A model generated the notes under the pieces. The model did no database searches. It saw only the letters and a program-made list of their open reading frames with translations, and was not told where the DNA came from. DNA of 64,000 nt from positions 1-64,000 of IMG/VR virus record IMGVR_UViG_3300042562_001235. One strand, given 5' to 3'. The position numbers and the translations under genes are program-made. The DNA is from a virus. How positions within the stretch are numbered: the first letter of the stretch is position 1; every line of letters begins with the position of its first letter. Below are positions 56,907 through 64,000 of this stretch, one piece after another.

Positions 56907-57283
56907 AAAGACAACCAATATCGGTTGTAATATTATTTGTATTTCTATTTTTTTTCTTTTTATACATTGATAATAAGTATATATGAATTGTCTAAAAATA
57001 CAATACTTTTTTTTATTTTTTATTTTCTTCTTTTACTAATGGTTTTGAGTCACCAAGTTTAGAATTAATTAATTTTGAGAAATTCTCAGTCATAACTTTC
57101 ATTCCTCCTGTGTGTTGTTCACGGATGGCATTTTTTTCTTCTTCAGATAAATTATTCAATATGTGTTTCATATGTTCGTTTTATTATAAATAGTTTGTTA
57201 TGATGGAAAATAATTGTCAAACACCCTATTATAGTGGAAAATAAAGGACAATTAACCTTATTTTTTACTTTTTAATGGAAAAT

Positions 57284-57592
57284 TTAGTAAATTTTGTGAA
57301 CTTTAATCCCATAATTCTCCAAAAACCACTCCTCCATTGTTGTTTTGGTTCTAACCCAACCTAAATCAAAAACATTTTCAAGGTGATTTACAATATGTTT
57401 TTTAAGTCCCGGTATTTCAATATACAAATTACCTGAATCCGTGGAATAATAAAAAATCACTTTATTATTTTCATTAACAAAATGCTTCACATTAATTCTT
57501 GGAGAGTCTATTTCTTTTAATCCACCAAAAAAACCTCCAATGTATTTGGAAATAAACTTATCTAATTGGTTTTCTGTTATAACGTATTTCAT
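57284..57592 (-). CDS. TES-leader family protein (MKYVITENQLDKFISKYIGG)
   Basis: ORF trimmed to Met16. Its start is 1 nt after the stop of the upstream paralogue, so the two are tandem. Confidence 0.5.
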   Translation of the reverse strand: MKYVITENQLDKFISKYIGGFFGGLKEIDSPRINVKHFVNENNKVIFYYSTDSGNLYIEIPGLKKHIVNHLENVFDLGWVRTKTTMEEWFLENYGIKVHKIY

Positions 57593-57593
57593 C

Positions 57594-57917
57594 TTAAGCA
57601 CACATTTTCTTATGATACTTAACCAAGTAATCACCAAACTTGTCTACAAAATAATAGTAGAGAGAATCATTTTCTTCAGGTTTTAAAACGTAATCAAAGT
57701 CATTAACAAAGTAATCGTGATACATTTCAACCAAAGAATCACAGGCATTACTAACAAATTCACCAATATCATCATACTCACATAGGTCGGTCATCTCATC
57801 AAGAATTCCCCACTCCAAATCATTCATCATGTTTTTAAATGGTAATCTTCTTCGTACTTCCGGTGATAACGATTCTGTTAATAAAACGTATTGAGATTCA
57901 GTTATAACATATTTCAT
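57594..57917 (-). CDS. TES-leader family protein (MKYVITESQYVLLTESLSPE)
   Basis: Conserved N-terminal peptide; GTATTTATCATTATG at the start. Confidence 0.55.
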   Translation of the reverse strand: MKYVITESQYVLLTESLSPEVRRRLPFKNMMNDLEWGILDEMTDLCEYDDIGEFVSNACDSLVEMYHDYFVNDFDYVLKPEENDSLYYYFVDKFGDYLVKYHKKMCA

Positions 57918-57935
57918 AATGATAAATACTCAACA

Positions 57936-57968
57936 ATAAAAAAACCCACCTCAATGGGTGGGATAATT
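57936..57968 (-). terminator. rho-independent terminator (CCCACCTCAATGGGTGGG)
   Basis: Hairpin plus A7. Confidence 0.6.
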
Positions 57969-57970
57969 TA

Positions 57971-58489
57971 TTAACCTCGTCTTCCTGATGATGTTCCTCG
58001 TCCACCACTTTGTGGTCTAACTGACGGAATTTCAGTTCTTGTTGATTGTGGTCTAACCGATGGTGTTTCAGTTCTTGTTGATGGTTGTCTAACTGATTCC
58101 GTTCTCACCTGAGGACTTCCTCGATACCCATTATTTCTCGCAACCCTAAATCCTTGATTATAATATACCGGATGTGAATAATAATAGTTATGAATTCTTG
58201 GTCTCCAATAAGGGTCATCAAAATAGAACCACCAATTATTACCAAAATACCAATTATTCCCCCAATAAAATCTCCAATTATTATAATAATATGGGTCTAA
58301 TTGGTTTGAAAAAGAAGATAATGGGACTTGAACTTGTTCTCCTAACTCATTAACCGCCAAGATATGTGTTATTCTTGGTTGATATGACACGTTTTGATAA
58401 TTACCACAAGATGATAATGTTAAAATCAAAAACAATAATGATATAATTTTTTTCATAATATATTTTTTATTATAAATATCAATAATCAT
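57971..58489 (-). CDS. lipoprotein, Tyr/Asn/Trp-rich with Arg/Ser/Thr-rich C-terminal repeats
   Basis: Lipobox LTLSSCGN. Repeats VRQPSTRTETPSVRPQSTRTEIPSVRPQS. Confidence 0.5.
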   Translation of the reverse strand: MIIDIYNKKYIMKKIISLLFLILTLSSCGNYQNVSYQPRITHILAVNELGEQVQVPLSSFSNQLDPYYYNNWRFYWGNNWYFGNNWWFYFDDPYWRPRIHNYYYSHPVYYNQGFRVARNNGYRGSPQVRTESVRQPSTRTETPSVRPQSTRTEIPSVRPQSGGRGTSSGRRG

Positions 58490-58504
58490 TCCAAATAAAA
58501 AAGG

Positions 58505-59560
58505 TTAAGTTTCCTTAACCCCAAATTTAATTGTATCCTCAAGATAATTATAAAACGATTTTGTTCTATCTTCTTTATCGTGATAATAATTACCATAACC
58601 TATTAGTTCTCCACTTTGGTCAGGTAGTGGTTGGGTTTCTTTAATACCGGTTTCAATAATAGTCTCAACATTACCATCAGTAATGTTTTGTCTCAAAATA
58701 GTTTTCTTAATGCCATTTTGTATAGTGTCTTCAACCATTACCTGTGGCATATACTCGGTGTTGAGAGTTTCCTTAACACCATTATCAATAACATCATCAA
58801 TCATTTTTGTGTAACTACTTGAGTTATTTTCATCCATCCATTCAATTGTTGACATAATGTCACCATCTTTACCAAGTGTTTTTGTTTCTTTCACACCATT
58901 TTTAATAACACCCTCAACCCAACTTTTATTTTCGTTATCATTAAATTGTGTCAACTTCACCCCATTTTGAATGGTGTCTTCAATAACTAAAGAACCATCT
59001 ATTCGTAATGATTTATTAGTTTCTTTCACCCCATTTTCAATTATATTTTTAACTGTGAGTTGTTTATGTCCTTGATTAAACATAGTTTCCTTCACCCCAT
59101 CTTGAATAACATCTTCAACAAGGTTTTTAACCCCTTGTTCATAACTGAGGGGGTGTTTTTCATCAAAGTTGAGGGTCTCTTTCACGCCATTTTCAATGGT
59201 GTCTTCAACGCGTTCAATGATTAGGTTATTGGCCAAATTGGTCTGTTTAACCCCCATTTCAATGATTCCTTCAACTTCACCTTCTGTAATATTTTTTTCC
59301 AAAATGGTGTCTTTAACCACATTTATTATATTATCTTCCACCCATTGGGTGATGTAATGTTGATTTTCAACCACATCCATTGAGGCATAATTAAATATAT
59401 TGTTAAAAAAGTTATAGTTATACCACAGAGTTTTGCTCTCGGTTAATTCAATCACCCATTGTTTGGACTCCGTGAATATTAACCAAGTGGAACCATTATG
59501 GGTATAGGTGTCCACACCTTTAACAGATTCATTAATTAACGTATCAACTATTTTTTTCAT
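58505..59560 (-). CDS. repeat protein with at least 9 copies of a roughly 22-aa unit centred on (I/V)xNG(V/I)KET
   Basis: IENGVKETL, IQDGVKETM, IENGVKETN, IQNGVKLTQ, IKNGVKETK, IDNGVKETL, IQNGIKKTI, IETGIKETQ, IKFGVKET. Start trimmed to MKKIVDTL. Confidence 0.55.
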   Translation of the reverse strand: MKKIVDTLINESVKGVDTYTHNGSTWLIFTESKQWVIELTESKTLWYNYNFFNNIFNYASMDVVENQHYITQWVEDNIINVVKDTILEKNITEGEVEGIIEMGVKQTNLANNLIIERVEDTIENGVKETLNFDEKHPLSYEQGVKNLVEDVIQDGVKETMFNQGHKQLTVKNIIENGVKETNKSLRIDGSLVIEDTIQNGVKLTQFNDNENKSWVEGVIKNGVKETKTLGKDGDIMSTIEWMDENNSSSYTKMIDDVIDNGVKETLNTEYMPQVMVEDTIQNGIKKTILRQNITDGNVETIIETGIKETQPLPDQSGELIGYGNYYHDKEDRTKSFYNYLEDTIKFGVKET

Positions 59561-60008
59561 CAACTTTCTTTTTAAATAATTCGAAAAACTTATCTTGGTT
59601 TGTTTTCTCAGGTGGAACAATTAACGATTCAACTTTAAATGAAATAAAATCCATTTCACTACCATAGGTCATTTTGAAATAATCATTAAACAATCCTTCA
59701 TAATGGTCTTTACCACCTTTTGGTACATCGTTCTCATTAAAAAATAAATTAATTGCAACCAAAAAATTAAAAGACGGTTCAAAAGTCATTGGGTCATAAA
59801 CACTTCTACTTTTATAACCAATGGTGACAACCTCCCTAATCTCGGGACACAATTTTAAAACAACCGTATTGAATCTTTCAGGTATATCAATATCGCGTAC
59901 ATACTCATATGTTGTTTCGTGTTCATTCTCTTCTCCCATAATATCTAATTTTTCACAAAGATAAGAAATTATTTTATTAGAAAATAGTAGGCATAAAAAA
60001 ACCCTCAC
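59544..60008 (-). CDS. hypothetical protein
   Basis: 154-aa ORF. Confidence 0.45.
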   Translation of the reverse strand: MRVFLCLLFSNKIISYLCEKLDIMGEENEHETTYEYVRDIDIPERFNTVVLKLCPEIREVVTIGYKSRSVYDPMTFEPSFNFLVAINLFFNENDVPKGGKDHYEGLFNDYFKMTYGSEMDFISFKVESLIVPPEKTNQDKFFELFKKKVDEKNS

Positions 60009-60024
60009 TATGGAGGGGTTAATT
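59994..60024 (-). terminator. rho-independent terminator (CCCTCACTATGGAGGG)
   Basis: Hairpin plus A7. Confidence 0.6.
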
Positions 60025-60033
60025 TATTTAATT

Positions 60034-60399
60034 TCAGTTATCATCATCATCAAAATCTTCATCATCATCAAAATCTTCTTCAACATATTGTGAAAGTATG
60101 TATTCACCAAAATTATCTTTTATTAAGTCAACAAGTTCGTCATAATCGTAAGTATCATAGTCATAATTTGTTAACTCATCAACAACCCAACGAATGATAT
60201 TAGACGCAAACTCAAATTCATCACTAAACCCATATCCTCCTTCATCATTAACCTTTTCAATATTCTTATCAATAAGTTCTTCAATGGTGGATAATCTTCG
60301 TTTCAAAAACATATTATCATTGTCTTCATTTAATAGTCGATTTTCCAATTTTATATTGGATTCTTGTATGTGTCTAATTTTACTATAACTTCTATTCAT
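60034..60399 (-). CDS. NRSYSK-leader protein (MNRSYSKIRHIQESNIKLENRLLNE), acidic repeat C-terminus
   Basis: Trimmed to Met5 to match the paralogue 62220..62597. C-terminus EDFDDDEDFDDDDN is encoded by a 20-bp tandem repeat. Confidence 0.5.
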   Translation of the reverse strand: MNRSYSKIRHIQESNIKLENRLLNEDNDNMFLKRRLSTIEELIDKNIEKVNDEGGYGFSDEFEFASNIIRWVVDELTNYDYDTYDYDELVDLIKDNFGEYILSQYVEEDFDDDEDFDDDDN

Positions 60400-60419
60400 A
60401 TTGATAAACATTATATTTG

Positions 60420-60758
60420 TTATTCAATTTCGGACAAATAATCCATAATATCCGATGTGATATCCAATTGTCGATAATCAGATTGACTACTCGTATCATC
60501 ATTATTAGCATAATTAATCATTTCGGCAACAGATGAAAGTAATTCAGCGGTCTTTTCTCTCCCAATAATTGAAACTGATGTCATAACAAATTTTCCTAAT
60601 TGTGAGGACATTTTATCAAAATACCCAAAATTTTTTCCCCTATTATCCTCATAATTGAAGAATTCTTTTAATTTTTTAGGATTTGATTTTTCTTCTATTA
60701 TCACTTTTTTAACCAAACGACTTAAATCATCTTCGGTTAGTCTTACTATTTTTTTCAT
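60420..60758 (-). CDS. TES-leader family protein (MKKIVRLTEDDLSRLVKKVIIEE)
   Basis: Conserved N-terminal peptide; TGATATATTTATAATAAAAA promoter motif. Confidence 0.55.
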   Translation of the reverse strand: MKKIVRLTEDDLSRLVKKVIIEEKSNPKKLKEFFNYEDNRGKNFGYFDKMSSQLGKFVMTSVSIIGREKTAELLSSVAEMINYANNDDTSSQSDYRQLDITSDIMDYLSEIE

Positions 60759-60791
60759 AAATTATTTGTTTTTATTATAAATATATCACAA

Positions 60792-61220
60792 TTAACCAAT
60801 TTGAGTTGCGTTCGTTCCATATTTTTGATTAAACATATTCAAAAATGATTTACCCCAAACATCAACACCACCAAACATATCGATAAGTCGGTCAATAAGT
60901 TCTTCTTCCAACCATAGGGTATCAAATCGGGATTCGGTGATATCCGGAACATCATGACAAGGTTCAGGTAATTCTCCCATAAGTTCCTCAGGGTAATCCC
61001 CACCATCATCATAGTTCTCACCATCAACCAACTTAAATAAATAATCATCGTGTTCTCTACCGGGAAGAACAAAACCAATTGCATAGATATCACAACATAC
61101 ACCCCACCCACAATCAAAGTCGGCCCAAGTATAATCCATATCCTCAAACCCATCAAAAGATAGATTTAGAAATTTCGAAATAACATTTGTTAATTTAGAT
61201 TCGTCAATAATATATTCCAT
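60792..61220 (-). CDS. TES-leader family protein (MEYIIDESKLTNVISKFLN), acidic
   Basis: Trimmed to Met8; compare MKYIITESKLNQTVKNYLN (46176..46538). Confidence 0.5.
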   Translation of the reverse strand: MEYIIDESKLTNVISKFLNLSFDGFEDMDYTWADFDCGWGVCCDIYAIGFVLPGREHDDYLFKLVDGENYDDGGDYPEELMGELPEPCHDVPDITESRFDTLWLEEELIDRLIDMFGGVDVWGKSFLNMFNQKYGTNATQIG

Positions 61221-61242
61221 AATGATAAATAGTTGTACCAAT

Positions 61243-61275
61243 AAAAAACCCCACTACAATGAGCGGGGTTATTTA
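61243..61275 (-). terminator. rho-independent terminator (CCCCACTACAATGAGCGGGG)
   Basis: Imperfect GC hairpin plus A6, followed by an (ATT)7 microsatellite. Confidence 0.5.
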
Positions 61276-61295
61276 TTATTATTATTATTATTATT
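61272..61295. repeat. (ATT)7 microsatellite
   Basis: attattattattattattatt immediately 3' of the stop of gene 61295..61672. Confidence 0.8.
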
Positions 61296-61672
61296 TATGC
61301 TCTTACATTTCTTGAATTTTCATAAGTGTAATATAGTCCTTCACCCATTTGTTCAACACATTCATACCCTTGTTCTTCAAAATTATTATCGGTTCCGATT
61401 AGATTAACAAACGCTAAAGTTTCAATCCCACAAATGTCAATACCCGAAAAATCGGCATACTCACAATCAAGAATTGCAACAAATCTAATGTCATCTGATA
61501 AATTATTTAGATGTTTACTAACCACATCAGCACTTTTATTACGTAACATAAGTTGACGACGAGTAGTATCTTTTTCTTCATAACCCATAGTCATTTCATC
61601 TTCTTGTTCTTTAATCACTCTTCTAACTAATCTAGTTAAATCTGATTCAGTTAGTCTTATTATTTTTTTCAT
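61295..61672 (-). CDS. TES-leader family protein (MKKIIRLTESDLTRLVRRVIKEQE)
   Basis: Conserved N-terminal peptide; GAAATATTTATAATAAAAATG promoter motif. Confidence 0.55.
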   Translation of the reverse strand: MKKIIRLTESDLTRLVRRVIKEQEDEMTMGYEEKDTTRRQLMLRNKSADVVSKHLNNLSDDIRFVAILDCEYADFSGIDICGIETLAFVNLIGTDNNFEEQGYECVEQMGEGLYYTYENSRNVRA

Positions 61673-61733
61673 ACTAATATCATTTTTATTATAAATATTT
61701 CAATACCCAAAAAAGGGGATGGGATTTAAATCA

Positions 61734-62096
61734 TTATTTAATTTCAATATTCACTAATTCAATTTTACCGGAGCTTGGGTTATTAAAAATAAATTCACAC
61801 TTTCGAGATTGATTATCAATCTTACCCACAGTTCCTTTTGTCCCTGGTTTGATTCTGGAATCATTAGAGTTTGATTGAGTTATAACACTATTCTCATAAT
61901 TACCATATCTCATATTTTCACCAACTTTAATTATGACAAAATCATTAGTTGGTTTTCCTCGTTCACCTGTTTTTGTTGATTTTAGAAAACCCTTAATTGT
62001 TTTAGGTGAACTCTGTTCGGTAAGATTGGATTCATTAACTATCCTTTTAACAATTCTCATTAAATCAGATTCAGTTAATCTTATTACTTTGTTCAT
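61734..62096 (-). CDS. TES-leader family protein (MNKVIRLTESDLMRIVKRIVNES)
   Basis: First 40 nt nearly identical to 62622..63011; TGATATATTTATAATAAAATG promoter motif. Confidence 0.55.
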   Translation of the reverse strand: MNKVIRLTESDLMRIVKRIVNESNLTEQSSPKTIKGFLKSTKTGERGKPTNDFVIIKVGENMRYGNYENSVITQSNSNDSRIKPGTKGTVGKIDNQSRKCEFIFNNPSSGKIELVNIEIK

Positions 62097-62128
62097 TTTG
62101 ATATCATTTTATTATAAATATATCAATT

Positions 62129-62176
62129 ACCAAAAAAAGGGCTGGGATTACACCGAACGAAGTGAGTCCGGTTCGG
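62129..62176. repeat. intergenic repeat element, copy A (CCAAAAAAAGGGCTGGGATTACACCGAACGAAGTGAGTCCGGTTCGG)
   Basis: Shares a GGGCTGGGATT box and a CGAACGAAGTGAG(T/A)CCGG box with the copies at 63048 and 63319. Contains a CCGAAC...GTTCGG hairpin. Confidence 0.6.
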
Positions 62177-62185
62177 AAGAGATAT

Positions 62186-62216
62186 AAAAAAACCCACCTT
62201 TATGGGGTGGGGTTAT
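62186..62216 (-). terminator. rho-independent terminator (CCCACCTTTATGGGGTGGG)
   Basis: Hairpin plus A7 on the + strand. Confidence 0.6.
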
Positions 62217-62219
62217 ATC

Positions 62220-62597
62220 TTACATACCTACTTGTTGTTTGTATCTTTTAAGTAATTGGAAAATATCACTTCTTGTTTTTCCATTATAATATCTACAATA
62301 AGTTTGCACATATTCAGGGGTTTTATTATAATCCTCAAAACCTCCACCAACATTATCACAATTAATATCCATAAAGTTATTAACGATTTCTTCCAACATA
62401 GGAATAACATTGTTTATAAGATTACTTTTTTGTGCATCTTCCTCAGATGGTCTATTCATAGTTTGAGGTTCATCTGATGATGTATCCATAGAAGATGTAC
62501 CCATGTCATCCATATTAAATTGTTCAAATAACATTCTTCTCTCCAATCTACTATTGGATTCTTGTATGTGTCTAATTTTACTATAACTTCTATTCAT
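62220..62597 (-). CDS. NRSYSK-leader protein (MNRSYSKIRHIQESNSRLERRMLFEQ)
   Basis: N-terminal 25 aa conserved with 60034..60399. Confidence 0.5.
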   Translation of the reverse strand: MNRSYSKIRHIQESNSRLERRMLFEQFNMDDMGTSSMDTSSDEPQTMNRPSEEDAQKSNLINNVIPMLEEIVNNFMDINCDNVGGGFEDYNKTPEYVQTYCRYYNGKTRSDIFQLLKRYKQQVGM

Positions 62598-62634
62598 AAT
62601 TTTATTATCTCTTTAATTTTATTATCTCTTTAAT
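62598..62634. repeat. tandem direct repeat TTT(T)ATTATCTCTTTAAT x2
   Basis: 18/17-bp unit duplicated head-to-tail between genes 62622..63011 and 62220..62597. Confidence 0.75.
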
Positions 62635-63011
62635 GATAAGGCATATTGAACAACTTTATTTGCAACAACTTTAGGGTCGTTTGGACCAAGTAGGAATTCT
62701 TTCATACCTTTATTATTTCCAACCCACACATAATAAATTCCTTTCATTTTATCTAATAGGACATTAACACCGTTACTGTGTCCACCATAACTTAAAGAAT
62801 TTTCTGTGCCAATTTGTTTTAACTTTTTATCGTATTCGTCTTTAAAACCCGATTTCAATAATTTTGGTTTAACAATTTTATTATAGTGTTCAAGTTCGTC
62901 AGTTTGTGGGTCACCAGGTCCTTCTTTAAACCCACCTACCTCTTGTTCATTAATAACTCGTCTAACGATACGAATTAAATCAGATTCAGTTAATCTTATT
63001 ACTTTTTTCAT
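62622..63011 (-). CDS. TES-leader family protein (MKKVIRLTESDLIRIVRRVINEQE)
   Basis: Conserved N-terminal peptide; TGATATATTTATTAATAAAGG promoter motif. Confidence 0.55.
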   Translation of the reverse strand: MKKVIRLTESDLIRIVRRVINEQEVGGFKEGPGDPQTDELEHYNKIVKPKLLKSGFKDEYDKKLKQIGTENSLSYGGHSNGVNVLLDKMKGIYYVWVGNNKGMKEFLLGPNDPKVVANKVVQYALSLKR

Positions 63012-63047
63012 ATTTTATTTGCCTTTATTAATAAATATATCAATATA

Positions 63048-63125
63048 GAAAAAAAGGGGCTGGGGATTCCCCCGAACGAAGTGAGACCGGACGACGCGGT
63101 ATACGAACTACCCGTCTCTTCGTTT
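63048..63125. repeat. intergenic repeat element, copy B (extended hairpin variant)
   Basis: GAAAAAAAGGGGCTGGGGATTCCCCCGAACGAAGTGAGACCGG...CCCGTCTCTTCGTTT, with long imperfect inverted repeats. Confidence 0.55.
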
Positions 63126-63278
63126 ACCACTTCTATAATTATAGAAATTCAAAACTATCATCAAAACAAAACAAACATTTGTCATTGTGTATAACATTCT
63201 ACCATTATAAACATAAGATAAAATATTCCCCCCTATAAGAAGAATTAACCCCAAAACCATAAACACCTTATTTACCAT
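63108..63278 (-). CDS. small two-TM membrane protein
   Basis: ORF 63108..63323 uses a non-ATG start; trimmed to MVNKVFMVLGLILLIGG, preceded by a TATCTTTG -7 box 14 nt upstream. Confidence 0.4.
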   Translation of the reverse strand: MVNKVFMVLGLILLIGGNILSYVYNGRMLYTMTNVCFVLMIVLNFYNYRSGKRRDG

Positions 63279-63292
63279 AACTAATTTTTTTA

Positions 63293-63300
63293 CAAAGATA
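63293..63300 (-). promoter_or_regulatory. -7 promoter box TATCTTTG (minus strand)
   Basis: Reverse complement of CAAAGATA; followed by TAAAAAAATTAGTT and ATG. Confidence 0.4.
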
Positions 63301-63318
63301 ATAAATGATTTCCACATT

Positions 63319-63385
63319 ACCAAAAAAAGGGCTGGGATTCCCTCGAACGAAGTGAGTCCGGACGGTCGTTCACGAATATCCCCGC
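63319..63385. repeat. intergenic repeat element, copy C
   Basis: CCAAAAAAAGGGCTGGGATTCCCTCGAACGAAGTGAGTCCGGACGGTCGTTC, with a GAACGA...TCGTTC hairpin. Confidence 0.6.
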
Positions 63386-63793
63386 CTATGACATAGAAAC
63401 AACCATAACCGGAACATCCAAATACTCACACAAAGATTTTATATGACTAATCTTCATATCAGTTGTTGTTTTTGTGGTAAGATAAAAGTTACGCATCTTA
63501 ACAACCTGATTGGCCCCCTTATAAGAATCCGGGAACGAATCATAACTATCCCTTACATAATTCTTCAATACCTTAGAGAATACACCATAACCAACAACAC
63601 CCTCAAAATGACGAATCACATTTAAATAATTCTCATTTGTTGTAGGTTTAGTAAAAAGAGTTCCCCCAACATTAAAACCATATCTCTTGGTCTGTTCCCG
63701 TTGAGGATATTTCTCATTATACAAATTATTAATCATCTCAATTAATTCTCCCTTGTACTCACTATCCATGAGTAATTCTAATTTTTCTTCCAT
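63386..63793 (-). CDS. hypothetical protein
   Basis: 135-aa ORF; a TATTATCTTTATAC box lies upstream. Confidence 0.5.
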   Translation of the reverse strand: MEEKLELLMDSEYKGELIEMINNLYNEKYPQREQTKRYGFNVGGTLFTKPTTNENYLNVIRHFEGVVGYGVFSKVLKNYVRDSYDSFPDSYKGANQVVKMRNFYLTTKTTTDMKISHIKSLCEYLDVPVMVVSMS

Positions 63794-63930
63794 AGTTATA
63801 TTTTTTTGTATAAAGATAATACTAGAAAATTTACCAGTAAAGTATTATTCCATATTTCTATAAAATTTTCCAAAAATTTTTTTTGACGTTGAAGAGGTAA
63901 AATAAAACAAGGGGTCGTGTTTACAGAAAA

Positions 63931-63962
63931 TAAAAAACCCCACCTTGAAGGGAGGGGTTTAT
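63931..63962 (-). terminator. rho-independent terminator (CCCCACCTTGAAGGGAGGGG)
   Basis: GC hairpin preceded by A7 on the + strand. Confidence 0.55.
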
Positions 63963-64000
63963 TTTAATCATTTACTTTTTACACCATCCGAAACATATTC

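Noticed and set aside
63108-63323. ORF with start at 63323
   Set aside because: The codon at 63321-63323 is TTG, and the N-terminal 15 aa read through repeat copy C. A downstream ATG preceded by a TATCTTTG box is the credible start.
61706-63385. The intergenic repeats as a CRISPR array
   Set aside because: Only 3-4 copies, separated by whole genes (about 0.2-1 kb), and the repeat units carry variable extensions. This is not a regularly spaced repeat-spacer array, and no cas genes are present.

Overview
An AT-rich (about 30-33% GC by eye) 64 kb window that looks like part of a large tailed-phage genome infecting a Bacteroidota (Flavobacteriia-type) host. The host call rests on a T9SS C-terminal sorting domain on a phage-encoded protein, lipoprotein lipoboxes, and Bacteroidetes-style -7 promoter boxes (TAnnTTTG) with no Shine-Dalgarno sequences. 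The window contains, in order:

- **1-1000:** a minus-strand array of 8 tRNA genes.
- **1.3-17.6 kb:** a modification/auxiliary block: FlgJ-like glucosaminidase, two tandem NodU/CmcH-type carbamoyltransferases, a ClpP-family protease, P4H-like 2OG-Fe(II) oxygenase(s) and a GT17-like glycosyltransferase.
- **17.6-30.4 kb:** nucleotide metabolism, RNA repair and scattered auxiliary genes: two calcineurin-like phosphoesterases, an SPFH/band-7 protein with an NfeD-like partner, a T4 RnlA-like ATP-dependent RNA ligase, a hotdog thioesterase, and a thymidylate-synthase homologue with insertions.
- **30.4-37.2 kb:** a block of secreted/lipoproteins, including a T9SS cargo protein and a canonical C-type lectin, followed by a PG-binding + GH19 endolysin.
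- **40.5-63.8 kb:** a dense minus-strand run of roughly 45 small genes, each with its own promoter-like motif and a strong rho-independent terminator. This run includes a secreted DNA/RNA endonuclease, a cyclophilin, a Pnk-like P-loop kinase and a class-II aaRS-like protein. Embedded in it is a paralogous family of at least 17 proteins whose divergent bodies all carry conserved N-terminal peptides: MKYIITESQYKLL, MKKIIRLTESDLTRLVRRVI and MNRSYSKIRHIQESN.

The most novel-looking signal is that N-terminal tag family, a candidate capsid-targeting or delivery leader system, plausibly processed by the ClpP-like protease. Second is a conserved TATTTATA / TGATATATTTATAATAAAA promoter motif abutting the start codons, which implies leaderless or very short-leader mRNAs. 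Third is a new intergenic repeat, GGGCTGGGATTCC...CGAACGAAGTGAGTCCGG. No CRISPR array, integrase, transposase, reverse transcriptase or capsid/terminase genes were recognisable in this window.
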